Shown piece after piece: positions 29,021 through 40,215 of a DNA stretch of 64,000 nt; within the stretch, counting starts at the first letter, position 1, and the number at the start of each line of letters is the position of its first letter. The stretch is from Promethearchaeota archaeon (GTDB lineage Archaea > Asgardarchaeota > Lokiarchaeia > Sigyniarchaeales > SOKP01). The stretch covers positions 77,659 to 141,658 of the forward strand of contig JAEOTR010000060.1 of NCBI GenBank assembly GCA_016839705.1, given 5' to 3'. Made by a program: the position numbers and the translations under genes. The notes beneath the pieces were generated by a model, which had not been told where the DNA came from, made no database searches, and was given only the letters and a program-made list of their open reading frames with translations.

Positions 29021-30349
29021 ATATTAGGAGGAAAGGGTAGAAGTTTAATTTTGTTTGCTGTTTTCTTTCTTACAGCGGGATTTGCATTTGAAAATTATTT
29101 TCTTTTGTATTTTGCAATTCTATTGCTATTTAGTACCATTATAAGTTTACCTGTTTTCCACTATAAAATGAATGTAGAGGAATTGCGGGTATATAGAGAA
29201 TTAGAAAAAGAGAAAGTATTTAAAGATGATTTTGTTCATATTAAGGTAATTATTGAAAATATGGGCAAAAATAGTTTTGACTTTCTTGAAATACGAGATA
29301 ACTATAATCCTCAGCTTTTCAGGCTAATTTTAGGGGAAAATTATATTTCGACGCGTATTGGACCAAAAGATATAGTAAAATTTTCCTACGTTTTAGAACC
29401 AAAAGTCAGAGGTGAATACGCTCTTGGACCTCTATCAATAATCATTAAAGATAGATTAGGTTTTAATTCTATAGAAAGAATAGTACCAGATAGTGTTACA
29501 GATATCCTGGTATATCCCCCCTATGAAGATATCAAAAGAATTGAGATCTTAGGATCAAAACGATCTCTTCAATTAAACTATGGATTACAAAGATCAAAAC
29601 AAAAGGGTTTAGGATCAGAATTTTACGGAATGCGAAAATACGTCTTTGGTGATCAATTTAGATTAATCGACTGGAAAGCAAGTGCCCGAACCCAGTCATT
29701 AATTGTGAAAGAATTTGAAGATGAAAGAGACGTTACTGTTATGATATTGGTAGATTCTTCGGAAACAATGGCAGGTGGTGCTATCGAAAACACCAAATTT
29801 GAATATGCTATAAGAGCTTGTATGCTTTTAACAAAAGTGGCCTTGACAAGGAGAGATAATGTGGGAGTATTTACTTATTCTGATAAGAAAAATTTTAGAT
29901 TCTTGAAACCTAACGGAGGAGAAGATCACTTTTATCAAGTCTTAGATTTTGTAGCACGAGTTAAACCAGAAGGAAAATGTAGAATTACTGAAGCAATGGA
30001 TTTTTTCGCCCGTAGGTTTCAAAAACGCAGCTTAATTTTTATTATATCTGATTTGGAAGCCAATCCTAAAGAAATTAGTAATGCCATAAAAAAATTGGTG
30101 CCATTCAATCATACCATAATAATTATCAATCCTTTTAGCCCATGGTTCGAAATTCATGAGATTAACTTATCTTCAACTGATAAAGCATTAGCAGAAGCGA
30201 TAAGTGAAGCAATGATGGAGCATATTTTAACAATAAAACAAGGAGTTCGTAATCTTGGAATAAACCTTATTACTTGTGGTCCTGATGATATAATGAACCA
30301 AGTCTTAAGTAATTATATGGAAGCAAAGAAGAAAGGGAGGGCTTATTAG
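29021..30349 (+). CDS. DUF58/vWA-domain protein (MoxR partner)
   Basis: EFYGMRKYVFGDQFRLIDWKASAR, MIDAS-like DSSETM, IISD; probable start ATA 29021 (TTG at 29051). Confidence 0.9.
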   Translation: MLGGKGRSLILFAVFFLTAGFAFENYFLLYFAILLLFSTIISLPVFHYKMNVEELRVYRELEKEKVFKDDFVHIKVIIENMGKNSFDFLEIRDNYNPQLFRLILGENYISTRIGPKDIVKFSYVLEPKVRGEYALGPLSIIIKDRLGFNSIERIVPDSVTDILVYPPYEDIKRIEILGSKRSLQLNYGLQRSKQKGLGSEFYGMRKYVFGDQFRLIDWKASARTQSLIVKEFEDERDVTVMILVDSSETMAGGAIENTKFEYAIRACMLLTKVALTRRDNVGVFTYSDKKNFRFLKPNGGEDHFYQVLDFVARVKPEGKCRITEAMDFFARRFQKRSLIFIISDLEANPKEISNAIKKLVPFNHTIIIINPFSPWFEIHEINLSSTDKALAEAISEAMMEHILTIKQGVRNLGINLITCGPDDIMNQVLSNYMEAKKKGRAY

Positions 30350-30352
30350 AAA

Positions 30353-31828
30353 ATGGTACGTAGTTATTTATTAACCTTAAAAATCATCAATATAGTCGTT
30401 TATGTCTGGCTATTATTAATTTTTCTTTTATCAATTTTTAATTTTGATGCGGTAGTTACCACTGCAGACAATGAATTCGTTATCTTTGCTTTCTTTGGTG
30501 CAATAAGGAATGTTTTTTCATATCTAATTTACTTTGGTGGTTTAGGTATTGGATATGTATGTGCTTTTATCAACCCAGCTTTATCTAGGTTTGTATTAAC
30601 ATTCTTTAAAAAATTTTTACTATCGTGGTTTCCCTTTAATGAGGATCATGTTAATCAGTTTTTAGGCACTAATCCCATTAACGATTTACATGAATTAGAT
30701 TTCAATCATTTTCTCCCATTATTAATGGGGGAGGGTGAAATACTCTTTAATGATTTATACCTTTTTGCATTTCAAATTCTGTTCCTTATTTCAGTTATCT
30801 ATGCTATTAGAGCTTTCTTCAAAAGCGATCCAAAAAATCATCTTGTTGCACTTGGATCAATAATGATGATGATTGTCCTACCTTTGATAATTTTTGGTCT
30901 AAGAGATATGCTAAACTTATTTACTATTCAATTCGATTATTTGAATAACATGGCCGATCCCTTAAGTCCGAGTCTATTTGAAATTCCCTTAGACAACTTA
31001 CTCCAATTCATATTTAGTCCCGTCATTGGATTTGCTATTATTTCTTACATTTATTTAGAGCTAGCTTTTCAAATTAATTACACAGATACAGTAACAAAAC
31101 CATCATTAGAAAGAACAGATAGATTAGAAGCTCAATTGAACGTTTTGGCTAGAGAATCTTATTTTATCACTGCCAATGTGGATAAAATCAAAGCAGAAGC
31201 TAAAAAAAGAATTGAAGAAATTGAATTAGAGCAAAAAGAAGGGTTGATAGTAGGTAAATTTTTCGCAAAAACAGGGAGACGATTCTCATACGTAAAAGAA
31301 ATGATTGAAAAAAGAAAACTAGAAGAAGAGGAGAAAAAATTAGTAACTGCAGCATCAAAGACCAGAAGACTTGGGAGATATATAGATCGCCTCTTTCAGG
31401 AGGATAGGGAATCAAGAGACACATTAACTGCGAGTTCTTCTGCCCCTCGAGCGACTAATTTAGCAGTATCAACAGTAGTAAATTTTGTTTATCGGGTAGG
31501 TCTACTCTTAATTATTAGTTTCATAATCATCCATCCTCTTTGGTTTTTAGACACCATTATTCAATTACCTGATGCGATAACAGAAAGTGTAGCAATGTTT
31601 TCCCCGGAAGTTATAATTATTTTACTTCTTCCAATCACGCTAACTTTTCCCGTGATTTCTCAATTAATATCATTCGTTAAACACAGAAATCTAATAGTGA
31701 AATTACAACAAGAAGGCCGAATTAAGGAACTTTTAGCATCCGTTGGGGATTATGTAAAAAGGGGAGATGTTAAAGCAGAAGAAACAGGACAAGAAGGAAC
31801 AGAAGTTGTAGCAAGCGAAACTACCTAA
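30353..31828 (+). CDS. Hypothetical multi-pass membrane protein, last gene of the MoxR operon
   Basis: About 7 hydrophobic segments and a charged helical loop; 3 bp after DUF58. Confidence 0.75.
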   Translation: MVRSYLLTLKIINIVVYVWLLLIFLLSIFNFDAVVTTADNEFVIFAFFGAIRNVFSYLIYFGGLGIGYVCAFINPALSRFVLTFFKKFLLSWFPFNEDHVNQFLGTNPINDLHELDFNHFLPLLMGEGEILFNDLYLFAFQILFLISVIYAIRAFFKSDPKNHLVALGSIMMMIVLPLIIFGLRDMLNLFTIQFDYLNNMADPLSPSLFEIPLDNLLQFIFSPVIGFAIISYIYLELAFQINYTDTVTKPSLERTDRLEAQLNVLARESYFITANVDKIKAEAKKRIEEIELEQKEGLIVGKFFAKTGRRFSYVKEMIEKRKLEEEEKKLVTAASKTRRLGRYIDRLFQEDRESRDTLTASSSAPRATNLAVSTVVNFVYRVGLLLIISFIIIHPLWFLDTIIQLPDAITESVAMFSPEVIIILLLPITLTFPVISQLISFVKHRNLIVKLQQEGRIKELLASVGDYVKRGDVKAEETGQEGTEVVASETT

Positions 31829-31841
31829 TGTTATATTTTTT

Positions 31842-32777
31842 TTATTCGTTTAAAGTCATCAAGAAATGTGCCAGAGCTTGTTTTTTATTAATATTCGTCA
31901 TCAAAGTGTCATAACAATAGGTACTAATGCCTAATTTTTCAATTTCAGGTTTCAAATTGCAATCCTTATTATCAATAATAAAATGACCTAAGAAATCTTT
32001 GTAATAATTCGCAACTCCTACGCTTGAAACTTCTAAACCAATGCATTTCATTAATTTATCGGCCGGTCCTTTTACTGTAGCACCTTCGATAATTGGGCTT
32101 ATTCCGTAAATTTTATTTTTGACTTTTATAAGAGATTCTCTGATGTTTTTCACTTGGATTATTGTTCCTATTGACACTATAGGGTTGGATGGACAAATAA
32201 TTATTCTCTTTGCTTTATCTATGTATTCTAATGTCTCCTTTATTGGTAGTGCTTCATTTATTCCTCTAAATTCCACATCCAGAACTTCTGGGTCACAGTG
32301 ATACTTTATGAAATATTTTTCGAAATGCATTACTTCAGTTGGAGTTTTTATATATGTTTCAACTTGTTCGTTACACATAGGAATAAGATGAGCTTTTACT
32401 CCTAAGTTTCTACATATCATATCTGTTATTTGAGCTTTAGTATATCCCTGGTTAAATAAGTCAGTACGATAAATATGAGTAGCTAAATCTTTATCACCTA
32501 AATTGAACCATCCTGTATCATAAAATTTTTTTAAAACTTTTAAACAGTTGAACGTGTCATCTATAAAACCCCATCCTTTTTCCTTATCTACCAAATCTGC
32601 TAGAGTATAAGTTATAATATCCAGATCGGGGCAGATTTTAAGACCAAATAATTCAATATCATCACCAGTATTAACTACTATTTTAAGTAATTCTGGGTCT
32701 ATAAGCTTAGCTAATCCTTCGATTAATTTAGCTGCCCCTACCCCTCCTGCTAATATTAAATAGTAATTTTCACTCAT
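31842..32777 (-). CDS. cofD: 2-phospho-L-lactate/PEP transferase (F420 biosynthesis)
   Basis: LAGGVGAAK, VNTGDD, ICPDLD, WFNLGDKDLATH, PSNPIVSI, KGPADKLM. Confidence 0.95.
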   Translation of the reverse strand: MSENYYLILAGGVGAAKLIEGLAKLIDPELLKIVVNTGDDIELFGLKICPDLDIITYTLADLVDKEKGWGFIDDTFNCLKVLKKFYDTGWFNLGDKDLATHIYRTDLFNQGYTKAQITDMICRNLGVKAHLIPMCNEQVETYIKTPTEVMHFEKYFIKYHCDPEVLDVEFRGINEALPIKETLEYIDKAKRIIICPSNPIVSIGTIIQVKNIRESLIKVKNKIYGISPIIEGATVKGPADKLMKCIGLEVSSVGVANYYKDFLGHFIIDNKDCNLKPEIEKLGISTYCYDTLMTNINKKQALAHFLMTLNE

Positions 32778-32791
32778 ATTTTTTAACTCAT

Positions 32792-34204
32792 TTAAACTTT
32801 AGGCTCATAAATTACATCCTGGAGTTTTTTACGAGATGGAACTGGCATAGTTTTTAATGGATATCCTACTGTAAAAAATGCCATAGGCACATAGGATTTA
32901 GGGAGATTTAGAGTTTCTTTTATTATCTCCTTAGTAAATATTGGAGCACAATACCAGCATGAAGCTAAATTCTTGACTTCTAAAGCAAGGAGAAAATAAG
33001 TCGCTGAACTACTTATGCTCTGAATCCCTAAAATATACTCATTCTCTCTTCGCTCATCATCAGGATAATCCTCGAGTTCAATCTTATCTAAACATAATAA
33101 AATCAAAACTGGTGCTTTAATAAAATTCAATTTAGCTTTTTTTATTTTATTTTTGATGTATTCTTCGGTTTTCCCATCATTTTTTAAATCATTTCTTAGT
33201 TTTTGGTTCATCTTATCTATCACTCTTTCGCGTAGCTGTTGATTATCTAATATAATATACCTCCAGAATTGTCCATTATGAGCACTTGGAGCCCATCTTG
33301 CAACTTCAATACAATCTTCAACTACTTTTCGATTAACTATCTTATCATCAAAAGCAAATTTGTAACTTCTTCGACTCTTCAGAACTTTGGTTAACTTTGA
33401 ACCTTCCGGCCCTCGAAATAAATCGATACTCTTGTTTCTTATGATAGAGTTGATACTGCTTTTTTCATCATATTCAAAATTATAACCTCTAATTAGAACC
33501 ACAGGAATCCCCTCATCAGATTCCCCCATTACCAATTGGGCTGCAGAAGAAAGGCTATCTGCTTGACCAATAATTGTAGATTGCAATTTATATCCAAATA
33601 AATCTGTTTTTCCTCGCATATCTAAAATTGGATTTATTCCTGATACTCCAATTGATACTCCTACAGCACCTACTCTAAATGATCTACCAAATGAATCTGA
33701 TATTATCACTGCAATTTCTTTATGACTTTTCTTCTTCAATGATTTTCTAATTTTTTCAGCTTGGTAATCTGGATCTTTTGGTAACAATGTAACAATTCTA
33801 TTCCCTTCAATATTAGATTTATCTATTCCAGCATCTGCACAAACAAATCCATGTTTCGTTTCAGTTATCAACACATGTTCTGTCTTAATAATTTCTTTGG
33901 CTTCATCTAATATTAACTGAATCAAATGAGGATCCTTTTTGGGCAACCCTTGTTGTTCTGCTTTTGGGGCTATAATATTGAAGATTTCGTGAGCTTTCTC
34001 GCTTGGTGTGATATCATCTAAATTTCTAACTTGTCCTATACTTTTAGATACCAATGATTGAGCGATCACGATTATATCCTTATCTTTTAAAGACAAACCA
34101 TTATACTTTAAAGAGTTAAGTATAATTTCAGGAATATTGTCACCCGTTTTAATTAATGGGATTCCTTTAAGTCCTATTATTTCAATTCCATACTTATCGT
34201 TCAT
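32792..34204 (-). CDS. cofE: Coenzyme F420:L-glutamate ligase fused to a nitroreductase-fold domain (FbiB-like)
   Basis: AGIDKSN, LLPKDPD, ISDSFGRSFRVG, VMGESDEGIPVVLIRG; then RRSYKF, WAPSAHNGQFWRY, SCWYCAP. Confidence 0.9.
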   Translation of the reverse strand: MNDKYGIEIIGLKGIPLIKTGDNIPEIILNSLKYNGLSLKDKDIIVIAQSLVSKSIGQVRNLDDITPSEKAHEIFNIIAPKAEQQGLPKKDPHLIQLILDEAKEIIKTEHVLITETKHGFVCADAGIDKSNIEGNRIVTLLPKDPDYQAEKIRKSLKKKSHKEIAVIISDSFGRSFRVGAVGVSIGVSGINPILDMRGKTDLFGYKLQSTIIGQADSLSSAAQLVMGESDEGIPVVLIRGYNFEYDEKSSINSIIRNKSIDLFRGPEGSKLTKVLKSRRSYKFAFDDKIVNRKVVEDCIEVARWAPSAHNGQFWRYIILDNQQLRERVIDKMNQKLRNDLKNDGKTEEYIKNKIKKAKLNFIKAPVLILLCLDKIELEDYPDDERRENEYILGIQSISSSATYFLLALEVKNLASCWYCAPIFTKEIIKETLNLPKSYVPMAFFTVGYPLKTMPVPSRKKLQDVIYEPKV

Positions 34205-34217
34205 AATTAGTCAAATT

Positions 34218-35273
34218 TTAGAGGTTCAAATATCTCTTGATATCAGATTTTTCACTTTTAGCGAATTTTTCATATTTTTCAGGAATGGCACAACAAGCAG
34301 AAAAATATTTGAAATTAATACCCGAATTCTGCTTCCTTAACCATTTAATCGTACCTTTAGAAGGGATTTCAATTCTAGTTATCCCCGCTTTTAACGCATA
34401 AATCTCAACTTCTGACTTAATATTTCCACGAGGTCTCATACAACCTAATGAAATTTCTGTGTTAGGAAATATGAACCTGATTAAAGCTATAGTTTTTGCT
34501 ATAATTTCTGGATTTGGAGTTTCAAATTTCATGTTGGAATGTTTTGGAGGAATTAAGGCAATCACAACGATTAGTGAAGGGTTTAACAGAGTTTCTTTTA
34601 TGAATTTTATTGATTCTATCTCTTTATGGAGCTTGCCATAATTTAATCCCACACAAACATGGGGTACAACACTTAAGTTATATTTCTGTAATAATTCAAT
34701 TGATCTTCTATACTCATCCAATTCTACATCCAAATGATAGACATTTCTTATAACTTCCTCATCCATGTTGACATCAAAAGAGACTATGTCTACATTAGCC
34801 TCACTAAGTTTTTTAGCTGTTTCTTCTTTTAGAAGGCCAGTATGAGCGTTTATAATCAGATTGGTTTCTTTCTTCACTTTTTTAATAGTATCTAAGAAAT
34901 TTAATAAAGGTACTGACCCATCCAAATCACTTCCTCCAGAAATTAAAACACCTATTCCATTCTCCTTAGAGAGAGATAATAAAAATTGTTCTAAATCTTT
35001 TTCTTCTAATATCTGTTTCATACCTTTCAAATATTTCTTATTACAATGTTCACAATTTAAAGCACATTCACTCCCAGTTATACTAATAGCAGGAAATTTC
35101 TTTGTAGGGTTATAAATCTTTATAATGTTTCCAAAATTCCTCTTGGTAATACTCTGAGCTAGATTAAGGAATGGTTCTAAGTACTTAGATTCTAAGTTTA
35201 AAAATTCTGAATAATCAATCCATGAAGCAACTCCAGATTTTATTCTATTTAATAATTGCTGAGCATCAATCAT
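34218..35273 (-). CDS. lipS1: Radical SAM protein, archaeal lipoyl synthase subunit LipS1-like
   Basis: CALNCEHC cluster motif, LGCMRP and terminal CC motifs; next to lipoate ligase. Confidence 0.75.
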   Translation of the reverse strand: MIDAQQLLNRIKSGVASWIDYSEFLNLESKYLEPFLNLAQSITKRNFGNIIKIYNPTKKFPAISITGSECALNCEHCNKKYLKGMKQILEEKDLEQFLLSLSKENGIGVLISGGSDLDGSVPLLNFLDTIKKVKKETNLIINAHTGLLKEETAKKLSEANVDIVSFDVNMDEEVIRNVYHLDVELDEYRRSIELLQKYNLSVVPHVCVGLNYGKLHKEIESIKFIKETLLNPSLIVVIALIPPKHSNMKFETPNPEIIAKTIALIRFIFPNTEISLGCMRPRGNIKSEVEIYALKAGITRIEIPSKGTIKWLRKQNSGINFKYFSACCAIPEKYEKFAKSEKSDIKRYLNL

Positions 35274-36045
35274 ACTTTTTTAACCACTTTATATTTGAAT
35301 ATTTATCTTTTACTAATTTCTCTGCTAAATTTATCTCATCGCGAGTAAAAGTTCCTTCTTCTAATTCTATTCCTAAAGACTTTTGAAAACCTCTCTCTAA
35401 AGAATCTATTAATTTTTTTTCATCATAATTTTCAATTTGATTTTTGATACCAATGCATTTAGCACGAACCGATTGAACCATCCGGGATTTCCCAACATTT
35501 TCCGGTGCTTTTAATACTGAATACATTAATTCTGGATCAATATCTAACAAAATTGTTCCATGTTGCAGAATATAACTTTTCCTCCTTACCTGTGCATTTC
35601 CGGAAAACTTTTTTCCATCTAGTAAAATAGCGGGACAATGGATGATATCTTTTTCAGGTTTCAATCCGTAAATCATTAAACCAAAAATTATTCCTTGAGT
35701 AATAATCTCAAACTGATCAATGACTTTTTTTGCACCTAAAGCCTCTAACTTTTTTATGGGACATACAATTGAATATGTTAATTCCCGTATCTCATCGTGA
35801 AAAACAGCACCTCCTCCAGTTATCCGTCTAACGATATTAAAACCCTTTTCTTTCGCAAAGGTAAGATCTATCTCATCTTGCAAACTTTGATTTCTCCCAA
35901 TGCTTGCAGTTGATGGTTTCCATTTGTAAAACCTTATAGTATTAGGTACATATTTTTTGATCGCATTGCTAAAGATGGCCTCATCTAAAGCCATATTCCA
36001 GTAACCATTTCTAATTTCCAGTGGTAAAATTCGCCATGTATCCAT
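35266..36045 (-). CDS. lplA: Lipoate-protein ligase A family / octanoyltransferase
   Basis: NMALDEA, VRRITGGGAVFHD, GKKFSGNAQ, LQHGTILL. Confidence 0.9.
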   Translation of the reverse strand: MDTWRILPLEIRNGYWNMALDEAIFSNAIKKYVPNTIRFYKWKPSTASIGRNQSLQDEIDLTFAKEKGFNIVRRITGGGAVFHDEIRELTYSIVCPIKKLEALGAKKVIDQFEIITQGIIFGLMIYGLKPEKDIIHCPAILLDGKKFSGNAQVRRKSYILQHGTILLDIDPELMYSVLKAPENVGKSRMVQSVRAKCIGIKNQIENYDEKKLIDSLERGFQKSLGIELEEGTFTRDEINLAEKLVKDKYSNIKWLKKYD

Positions 36046-36062
36046 ATTTACTCAATGTATTC

Positions 36063-37064
36063 CTAATTTACAAATCCATTTAATATCTTATAGACTTCTT
36101 CATTTTCAATTTCTGTTACCTTTCTAGGATAATTATAAATAGGACCCGACGGTTTTGAGGTGTAATAGGGACGATTACATCCAGGACATCCTGAAGTTAA
36201 GAACGCATCTGTATCTTTTATAATATCTTTTAATTCTTTTTTATTAATATTAAAACGTACAATATCCCCATTAATATTAAAAGTAAAATCACTTCGACTT
36301 TTCTCTTTATTAACAATAAGATGCCTCCCTAATTGTAATTTCCTAAAGTTTAGAAGAGATGGTTGACTAATGTCTTCAAATTTTGTCCCTTTAATCGGAG
36401 TGAAGGCAAAAAGCGATACAAGAATTTTCAAATTATGTAGCTCTTCAATACGAAATATTACATCTTTTTCCATCTCTCCTAAACCAATTATTAGGTGGGT
36501 GCTCACAAATCCTTCTGAAAAAATGTCTATTGCTTCAACTAAATTCTGGAAATGTTGATCCCATTTATAGGGGCCATCTACTTTATCACCCTTGATTTCA
36601 TTAAAGATTTCCGGAGTAGTACCATCTAAAGCAATTCCAACCCTTTCAACACCAGCCAGTTTTAATTCTTTTAATCTATCCTTTGACATGGGAGGGATCG
36701 CAACTGAAATCGGGATTTTGATATTATATCTAATCTGAGTGATAATTTCCATTAAATCTCTAAAATTTTCAGGATAATTAAGAGTCTGTATACAGATCCT
36801 TTTAAACTGTTTTGACGAACGTAAGTATTTCAACTTTGTCAAGTAATCTTTAAATGGAAATATTGGCCATGTAACTCGAGACAGCATTTCTTCAGAGCTC
36901 TTTGATGATCTTGCTTGTGGACAAAACCCACAATTCGCAGTACAATGTCCATCCTTATAAGTCATAATGTAGCAGGTAGTTGGGGGATCTTTGAATTTCG
37001 CCATCGACCCTAATCCTAAAACAGAAGCACTCCCTATTGACACCCTTATTTTTTCAACTTTCAC
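36063..37064 (-). CDS. lipS2: Radical SAM protein, archaeal lipoyl synthase subunit LipS2-like
   Basis: CTANCGFC cluster motif and TSGCPGCNRPY motif. Confidence 0.75.
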   Translation of the reverse strand: MKVEKIRVSIGSASVLGLGSMAKFKDPPTTCYIMTYKDGHCTANCGFCPQARSSKSSEEMLSRVTWPIFPFKDYLTKLKYLRSSKQFKRICIQTLNYPENFRDLMEIITQIRYNIKIPISVAIPPMSKDRLKELKLAGVERVGIALDGTTPEIFNEIKGDKVDGPYKWDQHFQNLVEAIDIFSEGFVSTHLIIGLGEMEKDVIFRIEELHNLKILVSLFAFTPIKGTKFEDISQPSLLNFRKLQLGRHLIVNKEKSRSDFTFNINGDIVRFNINKKELKDIIKDTDAFLTSGCPGCNRPYYTSKPSGPIYNYPRKVTEIENEEVYKILNGFVN

Positions 37065-37260
37065 AACTCTCCCTAGTCAAAAAGCAAAATTAAGTTTTAT
37101 TCCTTCAATTTATAATTTTTTTTAGTCATTATAATTATTGTTGTTTTAAGAAATATCAGAAATTCTTGAATTTTCTCTCTACAAAAAAATTTATTGAATC
37201 AATTATTAAAATATTAAATATAAATTACACCCCCAATTTTCAAAGAAGTGTTGACGTTTT

Positions 37261-40050
37261 ATGGTTGAATATAACCCAAAAATAATTGAAGAGAAATGGC
37301 AAAAAAAGTGGGTAAAAGACAAAATATTTGAAGTCAAAGAAGAACCGAATAAGAAAAAATATTATGTATTAGAGATGTATCCATACCCATCAGGTAAACT
37401 ACATATGGGACACCTTAGAAACTATACTATTGGTGATTGCTATGCTAGATTTAAACGAATGAATGACTTTAATGTTCTTTATCCGATGGGTTATGACTCG
37501 TTTGGTATGCCTGCAGAAAATGCTGCTATTGATCACGGAGCTAATCCAGAGGATTGGACGAATAAAAACATAGAAACAATGAAAAAGCAACAGAAGAGGA
37601 TTGGATTATCATATGATTGGACTAGAGAAATTTATAGCCATAATCCTAATTTTTATAAATGGGATCAATGGTTTTTTTTAAAAATGTTAGAAAAGGGGTT
37701 AGCCTACAGGCAAGAAAGTTATGTTAATTGGTGCCCAAAATGCGCTACAGTATTAGCCAACGAGCAAGCTCAAGGAGGAAGATGCTGGAGATGCAATAAT
37801 CTTGTTGATCAAAAATTTCTAACACAATGGTTTCTTAAGATAAGGGATTATGCTGAGGAACTACTCGAAGGATTAAATACAGTTGATTGGCCTGAAAAAG
37901 TAAAAATAATGCAACGAAATTGGATAGGTAGATCAAAGGGTACTATTATAAAATTCCCAATTGTTAAAGAAGAAAAGACAATCGACATTTTTACGACAAG
38001 ACCAGATACTCTTTATGGAGTTACCTTTATGGTTTTCGCTCCCGAACATCCATGGGTTCGTGATTGGGTGAAAGGAACGAACTATGAGAAAGAGTTTGAA
38101 AAGTTATACGATGAAGTTATGCATCAAGATAAATTTGAAAGAACAGATATTGAAATAGAGAAAAAAGGGATTTTTATCGGAAAATATGCAATAAACCCAA
38201 TAAATAATGAGGAAGTACCGATTTTTATTGGTAATTTTGTTATCTATGAATATGGTGCAGGTGCCGTTATGGCAGTACCCGCACATGACCAAAGAGATTT
38301 TGAATTTGCAAAAGAATATGATATTCCAATTAGAATAGTAATTCAACCACATGACTACGAATTGAATTTAACTAAAATAAATAGAGCATTTGAAGGTGAT
38401 GGGGTTCTTGTAAACTCCGATGAATTTGATGGGATGGAGAATCGATCTGCAATCAATGCAATTACAGAGAAATTAAATGATAATAATTTAGGGTATGCTA
38501 CAATTAATTACAAATTAAGAGATTGGGGAATTTCACGTCAACGGTATTGGGGCTGTCCAATTCCCGTTACTTATTGTGAAAAGTGTGGTATGGTTCCCGT
38601 ACCATATGAAGATTTGCCAGTTTATTTACCAAAAGATGTTTCTTTCACCGGAGAAGGTAATCCATTGGAAACAAGCAAAACTTTTATTAATACAAAATGT
38701 CCGAAATGTGGTGGGACTGCAAAACGCGAGTCTGATACGATGGATACTTTTGTAGATAGTTCTTGGTATTTCTTCTCCTTTTGTGATCCACCTTCTGTGG
38801 AATCAGAGCTTCCATATAACAAAGAGGTTGTAAATTATTGGGGTAATGTTGACCAGTATATAGGAGGAATTGAACATGCTGTTATGCATCTAATATACGC
38901 ACGGTTCTTCACAAAAGTTACACGAGATCTCGGTCTTCACAAATTTGAAGAACCTTTTCAATCCCTACTTACTCAGGGAATGATTAATAAAATTCATCCC
39001 TATTGTTCTAACTGTAACGCTTTCCTAATGGAAGCAGATCTAGAACTGATGAAATGTAAGAAGTGTGGTAATACTAACCTAATTGAAAAATCCGTTAAAA
39101 TGAGCAAAAGTTATGGTAATACAGTAGATCCTGGTGAAATTATTGGTAAGTATGGAGCAGATGCGGCAAGGTTCTTTATATTATTCGGAGCTAGTCCTTC
39201 CTCCGGATTAGAGTGGTCTGATGAGGGTGTTGATTACGCTTATAGGTTTATTAAGAATACTTTTACACTATTAACCGATCCCCCAAAAAATGTAAGGAAG
39301 GAATTAACGATTAGAGACACACTGATTAAATATTATTTAAATAAGACTATCAAGGAATTTACTGGTAACATGCAGAATCTTGCAATTAGAAATGCGGTTA
39401 ATAATATAATACAATTTGTATCAGAGCTTGGTAAGTATAAAGAGGAGGGTATAAAAAATGAAATTTTCGAAGAATGTCGAGAAAATCTACTGATACTTTT
39501 GCATCCAATTGCCCCACATATGACTGAAGAAGTTTGGGAAGTCATTGGTAAGAAGGGATATTTAAGTCTAAATCTCTGGGCTAATTATAACAAGGACCTT
39601 CTTACAGAAGAATCAGATTATAAGTGGGGATTAATGAATAACATCTTGGATGATATAAACAATATAAAAATAGCGATGAAGAAAGAAAACTTAAATTCCA
39701 TTTCAATTATAATCGCTAATGAGTGGAAATTGAAACTTTATAAAACCCTAGTGCCATTGTTAGAAGAAACCAAAAATCAAGGGGAAATAATGAAAAAATT
39801 AATGCAAGATAATGATCTCAAGAAATATACTAAACAAATCGTGAAAATCGTGAACCGAATATTAAAGAATATAGGTAAATTTCCAAAATTTTGTTTATCT
39901 CCAGACGATGAATTTGAATTTTTTGATGAAATCAAACCGATTATTGAAATGAAGTACAAAAGTGATGTTAAAGTTATTTTTGAGAAAGATTCAACCGAAC
40001 AAAAAGCATCTCAAGCACTCCCAAGTAAACCTGCAATTATAATCCAATAA
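37261..40050 (+). CDS. leuS: Leucine--tRNA ligase
   Basis: [12 protein letters not shown] (HIGH), CP1 editing FTTRPDT and [29 protein letters not shown]. Confidence 0.96.
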   Translation: MVEYNPKIIEEKWQKKWVKDKIFEVKEEPNKKKYYVLEMYPYPSGKLHMGHLRNYTIGDCYARFKRMNDFNVLYPMGYDSFGMPAENAAIDHGANPEDWTNKNIETMKKQQKRIGLSYDWTREIYSHNPNFYKWDQWFFLKMLEKGLAYRQESYVNWCPKCATVLANEQAQGGRCWRCNNLVDQKFLTQWFLKIRDYAEELLEGLNTVDWPEKVKIMQRNWIGRSKGTIIKFPIVKEEKTIDIFTTRPDTLYGVTFMVFAPEHPWVRDWVKGTNYEKEFEKLYDEVMHQDKFERTDIEIEKKGIFIGKYAINPINNEEVPIFIGNFVIYEYGAGAVMAVPAHDQRDFEFAKEYDIPIRIVIQPHDYELNLTKINRAFEGDGVLVNSDEFDGMENRSAINAITEKLNDNNLGYATINYKLRDWGISRQRYWGCPIPVTYCEKCGMVPVPYEDLPVYLPKDVSFTGEGNPLETSKTFINTKCPKCGGTAKRESDTMDTFVDSSWYFFSFCDPPSVESELPYNKEVVNYWGNVDQYIGGIEHAVMHLIYARFFTKVTRDLGLHKFEEPFQSLLTQGMINKIHPYCSNCNAFLMEADLELMKCKKCGNTNLIEKSVKMSKSYGNTVDPGEIIGKYGADAARFFILFGASPSSGLEWSDEGVDYAYRFIKNTFTLLTDPPKNVRKELTIRDTLIKYYLNKTIKEFTGNMQNLAIRNAVNNIIQFVSELGKYKEEGIKNEIFEECRENLLILLHPIAPHMTEEVWEVIGKKGYLSLNLWANYNKDLLTEESDYKWGLMNNILDDINNIKIAMKKENLNSISIIIANEWKLKLYKTLVPLLEETKNQGEIMKKLMQDNDLKKYTKQIVKIVNRILKNIGKFPKFCLSPDDEFEFFDEIKPIIEMKYKSDVKVIFEKDSTEQKASQALPSKPAIIIQ

Positions 40051-40215
40051 TAACAGGAATTTTTCTTCCCACTTTTCTTCAAAGTTTAGTGCACTTGTTA
40101 AGAGTAGTTTATTAACTTAAGATTAAATAAATTATTTTTATTCATAAAACCTTAAATCTAATTAAAAAATGGATTTGTTTAATTCTAAGAAAATGTCAAA
40201 GGATTTTATACTAAA

